From Candidatus Woesearchaeota archaeon (GTDB lineage: Archaea; Nanobdellota; Nanobdellia; Woesearchaeales; UBA583), in contig OZ242164.1 in assembly GCA_965205335.1 (NCBI GenBank), positions 736,001 to 800,000 of the forward strand: a stretch of 64,000 nucleotides of DNA, in the 5' to 3' direction. The notes beneath the pieces were generated by a model. That model made no database searches and was not told where the DNA came from. It saw only the letters and a list, made by a program, of their open reading frames with translations. Made by a program: the position numbers and the translations under genes. Positions 61,367 to 64,000 of this stretch are shown piece after piece (the stretch's first letter is position 1; every line of letters starts with the position of its first letter).

Positions 61367-62083
61367 ATGGCATATGATGTTCTAAGTGATGACTTGTTTG
61401 ACAATGATGATAAAAAATCTCATAAAAAGCATAGAAAAAGAAATACAAAAGAATATGAACATAAGAAAACAGAATCTTCCAAGCCACAGATCAGAGCATT
61501 TCATATTCATTTAGCATTAATTTTAATAACTATTGGATTGTTGTTATACTTCTTTTCAGACATATCAGAATCATTTACAAGTTCAGACGACGAAGGAGAA
61601 TTTCTGATAATAGCCAAACTTGAGGATTTTAACCACACATATTCAGGTGACTTAAAACTTGAATCAAAAAAATTCACAATACACAGCAGAAATGGAATAT
61701 TTGATGATAAATCAGGGGAAATTCTAATAAAAAACTATAGTGGAGAAATAATATTAGAAAACAAATCAATTGTTTTCATGGGGGTAGGTGATACAATAGA
61801 ATATAAAAGAAATAAAATATCATTAGACTCATCAGAATTCACATTAACATCTTCAAGGAAAACTATAATGAGTCTTTTCTTTCACAATTTAACTCTAAAT
61901 ATTAGTTCAGGAACGGCAAGATTAGATGATTTCCTTAATTACAAATTAAGCAATTCAGAAATAGCACTTCAAAACTATAATGCAACAATAGTTCATGATG
62001 GTTCTTTTACTTTCTCAGGGCAAACAGATAACTTTGTTATAACATCACCTCAGAGTAATCTGAGAATCTCATATGAGAAATAA
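61367..62083 (+). CDS. Single-pass membrane protein with beta-rich ectodomain
   Basis: Charged N-terminus, one TM, beta-strand-like C-terminus. Confidence 0.7.
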   Translation: MAYDVLSDDLFDNDDKKSHKKHRKRNTKEYEHKKTESSKPQIRAFHIHLALILITIGLLLYFFSDISESFTSSDDEGEFLIIAKLEDFNHTYSGDLKLESKKFTIHSRNGIFDDKSGEILIKNYSGEIILENKSIVFMGVGDTIEYKRNKISLDSSEFTLTSSRKTIMSLFFHNLTLNISSGTARLDDFLNYKLSNSEIALQNYNATIVHDGSFTFSGQTDNFVITSPQSNLRISYEK

Positions 62084-62159
62084 TCTAAAAATTATTATAA
62101 TTCAAAACGAGGTTTTATAAATATTATATGGATTAGTATAATATGAAAAGAGTTCTAAA

Positions 62160-62234
62160 TGGGGAGTTCGAGTTAATTTAGAAGAAGGATTAAGAAGAAC
62201 AATAAATTATTATGAAAATGTTCAAAATAAGTGA
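62160..62234 (+). pseudogene. C-terminal relic of NAD-dependent epimerase/dehydratase
   Basis: WGVRVNLEEGLRRTINYYENVQNK* resembles the family's terminal W.P...LEEGL..T..WY helix. Confidence 0.65.
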
Positions 62235-62928
62235 TAAATTAAAAAAGCAGATTTATTTTGTAATCCCTGCATACAATGAAGGCAAACAGATTGGAAATGT
62301 TTTAAAGGAATTATTTGACAATGGATATTCTAACATAATCTTAACAGATGATGGTTCTACTGATGATACAAAAAAACAAGTCCAAAAATTTGAAAAAAAA
62401 GGATTAATTCTTCTTTCTCATATAATAAATCGTGGACAGGGAGCGGCTCTTAAAACAGGTATTGACTATGCTCTAAAAAATAAAGATTGTAAATATATTG
62501 TAACCTTTGACTCTGATGGTCAGCACAGACTCTCTGATTTGCCCAATCTCGTAGAACCGCTTGAGAAAGGAGAATGTGATATAACTCTTGGCTCAAGGTT
62601 TTTAGATAAAAAATCAAAAAAATTAGTTCCATGCTCTAAAAGAATTCTTCTAAAAGGAGCATTGCTCGTAACATATTTTTTATCAAGGAAGTGGTTTACT
62701 GATACTCACAATGGATACAGAGTTATGAACATAAAAGCCGCAAAAAATATAGAAATTGAAATGGATGGCTTTGAACACGCATCAGAAATCTTAGATGAAA
62801 TAGTCAGAAAACAAATAACTTATAAAGAAGTACCAGTATATATAGACTATAGTGAATATTCAAAAGCCAAAGGGCAGAAAATTTCCAATTCAATTAAAAT
62901 ATTAATAAAAATGGTGTTTAGAGGTTAA
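62212..62928 (+). CDS. GT2 glycosyltransferase (DPM-synthase-like)
   Basis: VIPAYNE, DDGSTD, NRGQGAAL, FDSDGQH, GSRF, TDTHNGYR. Confidence 0.93.
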   Translation: MKMFKISDKLKKQIYFVIPAYNEGKQIGNVLKELFDNGYSNIILTDDGSTDDTKKQVQKFEKKGLILLSHIINRGQGAALKTGIDYALKNKDCKYIVTFDSDGQHRLSDLPNLVEPLEKGECDITLGSRFLDKKSKKLVPCSKRILLKGALLVTYFLSRKWFTDTHNGYRVMNIKAAKNIEIEMDGFEHASEILDEIVRKQITYKEVPVYIDYSEYSKAKGQKISNSIKILIKMVFRG

Positions 62929-62930
62929 AA

Positions 62931-63272
62931 ATGGATTTCATAACAATTTTCTTTATAGCAATTTCAATAATTATGCTAACATACATTTTCTTGAGTTTTA
63001 GATTGCAAAAGAGAATTAACCTAATTACTGAGATTTCTTTTCTTTGCATTTATTTCCTTTTTTTGCTGATAATAATTTTCCCTGAAATTTTAAGATGGTT
63101 TGAAAAAATATTTGGAGTTAATTCAGCAATTAATTTTATTGTCTATCTAAGTATTTTTATTTTATTTGCATTAATGTTTGTGCTATATAAGAAATCAGAA
63201 AATCAAAGAGTTGAAATAACTAGATTAACAAGAGAAATTGCATATTTAAAACATGGGAAAAAAAAGAAATAA
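62931..63272 (+). CDS. DUF2304-like membrane protein
   Basis: Three TMs, FP, ITRLTREIA; follows GT2. Confidence 0.82.
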   Translation: MDFITIFFIAISIIMLTYIFLSFRLQKRINLITEISFLCIYFLFLLIIIFPEILRWFEKIFGVNSAINFIVYLSIFILFALMFVLYKKSENQRVEITRLTREIAYLKHGKKKK

Positions 63273-63371
63273 TATTATAAGAAAATCATTAGGGTCTAAA
63301 AATTCAATCTTGAAAATCTATTTAAACTCAAATTGTGGTTCTAGTTTTAATATTTACAATTGATATGGAAA

Positions 63372-64000
63372 ATGGTTAATTTGGTTCCAATAAAAATTTT
63401 TAAGGAATTTCTAAATGAAATCTTTTCTGGAGATTCTTTCTTTAAAAAGATTTTTTGGGTTTACTTCTTTGTTTTCCTAATAGCACCATTAGGATATCTA
63501 ATAAGACTCCTCTATTCAAGGACATTGGATTTAGCAGAATTCGGATTAATATATGCGATTTTATCTTTTTTGAGTTTTATTTCTGTGTTTAACAACTTAG
63601 GTATGTCACAATCCTTAATCTATTATATTCCAAAGTATGAAGCAAGAAAAGATTGGGATTCTATAAGAAACATAGTTTGTTATAGTTTTCTTTTCCAGTT
63701 AATTTTGAATTTAATCATTATAGTAGTTTTATTCTTCATTAGTTCATATTTAGCACAGACCTACTTCAAATATCCATCAGCGGAATACATCTTGAAAATA
63801 TTTTTAATTGTATTTCTTGGTTCAAATATGGTTTCAAGTATAGTATGTCTTTTTAACGGACTGCAAAAAACCACACAAGTTCAATTTGCGCAGTTTTTGA
63901 ATCATTTCTTAATATTATCACTTTCCTTGATTATAGTATCCTTTAGTTTAGGTGATAACTTACTTGAATCATTCTCTTATGTCTGGGCTTTTGCAGTTGT
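63372..64000 (+). CDS. Oligosaccharide flippase (Wzx/MATE-like), partial
   Basis: Hand-translated APLGYLIRLLYSRTL...EFGLIYA...LGMSQSLIYYIPKY; runs off window. Confidence 0.85.
   Translation, partial: MVNLVPIKIFKEFLNEIFSGDSFFKKIFWVYFFVFLIAPLGYLIRLLYSRTLDLAEFGLIYAILSFLSFISVFNNLGMSQSLIYYIPKYEARKDWDSIRNIVCYSFLFQLILNLIIIVVLFFISSYLAQTYFKYPSAEYILKIFLIVFLGSNMVSSIVCLFNGLQKTTQVQFAQFLNHFLILSLSLIIVSFSLGDNLLESFSYVWAFAV

Overview
AT-rich chromosomal window from a small-genome archaeon, most likely DPANN (Woesearchaeota-like). The assignment rests on archaeal PCNA, Dph5, aIF2-beta, Mre11, an NMD3-like gene, archaeal-type ProRS/TyrRS/GluRS and TATA boxes just upstream of start codons, together with bacterial-type gyrB, lysC, asd and signal peptidase I. 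Housekeeping genes alternate with accessory tracts: two class III signal-peptide (pilin-like) genes, an 1838-aa secreted protein, two related Cys-repeat surface proteins (one with an M64-like peptidase), several toxin-antitoxin modules, one intact IS481, an IS5/ISH1-like deleted element with two 128-bp MITEs, and IS6-like ends. The most unusual signals are (1) a ~580-bp patchwork after PCNA stitched from diverged pieces of three different genes found elsewhere in this window, (2) tandem Cys repeats whose copies differ almost only by amino-acid-changing substitutions, (3) a recurring IS6-like terminal motif at the borders of the two surface-protein islands, and (4) a direct-repeat-bounded RelBE cassette whose toxin is off-frame at a T7 tract. 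All similarities were judged by eye; no database search was run.
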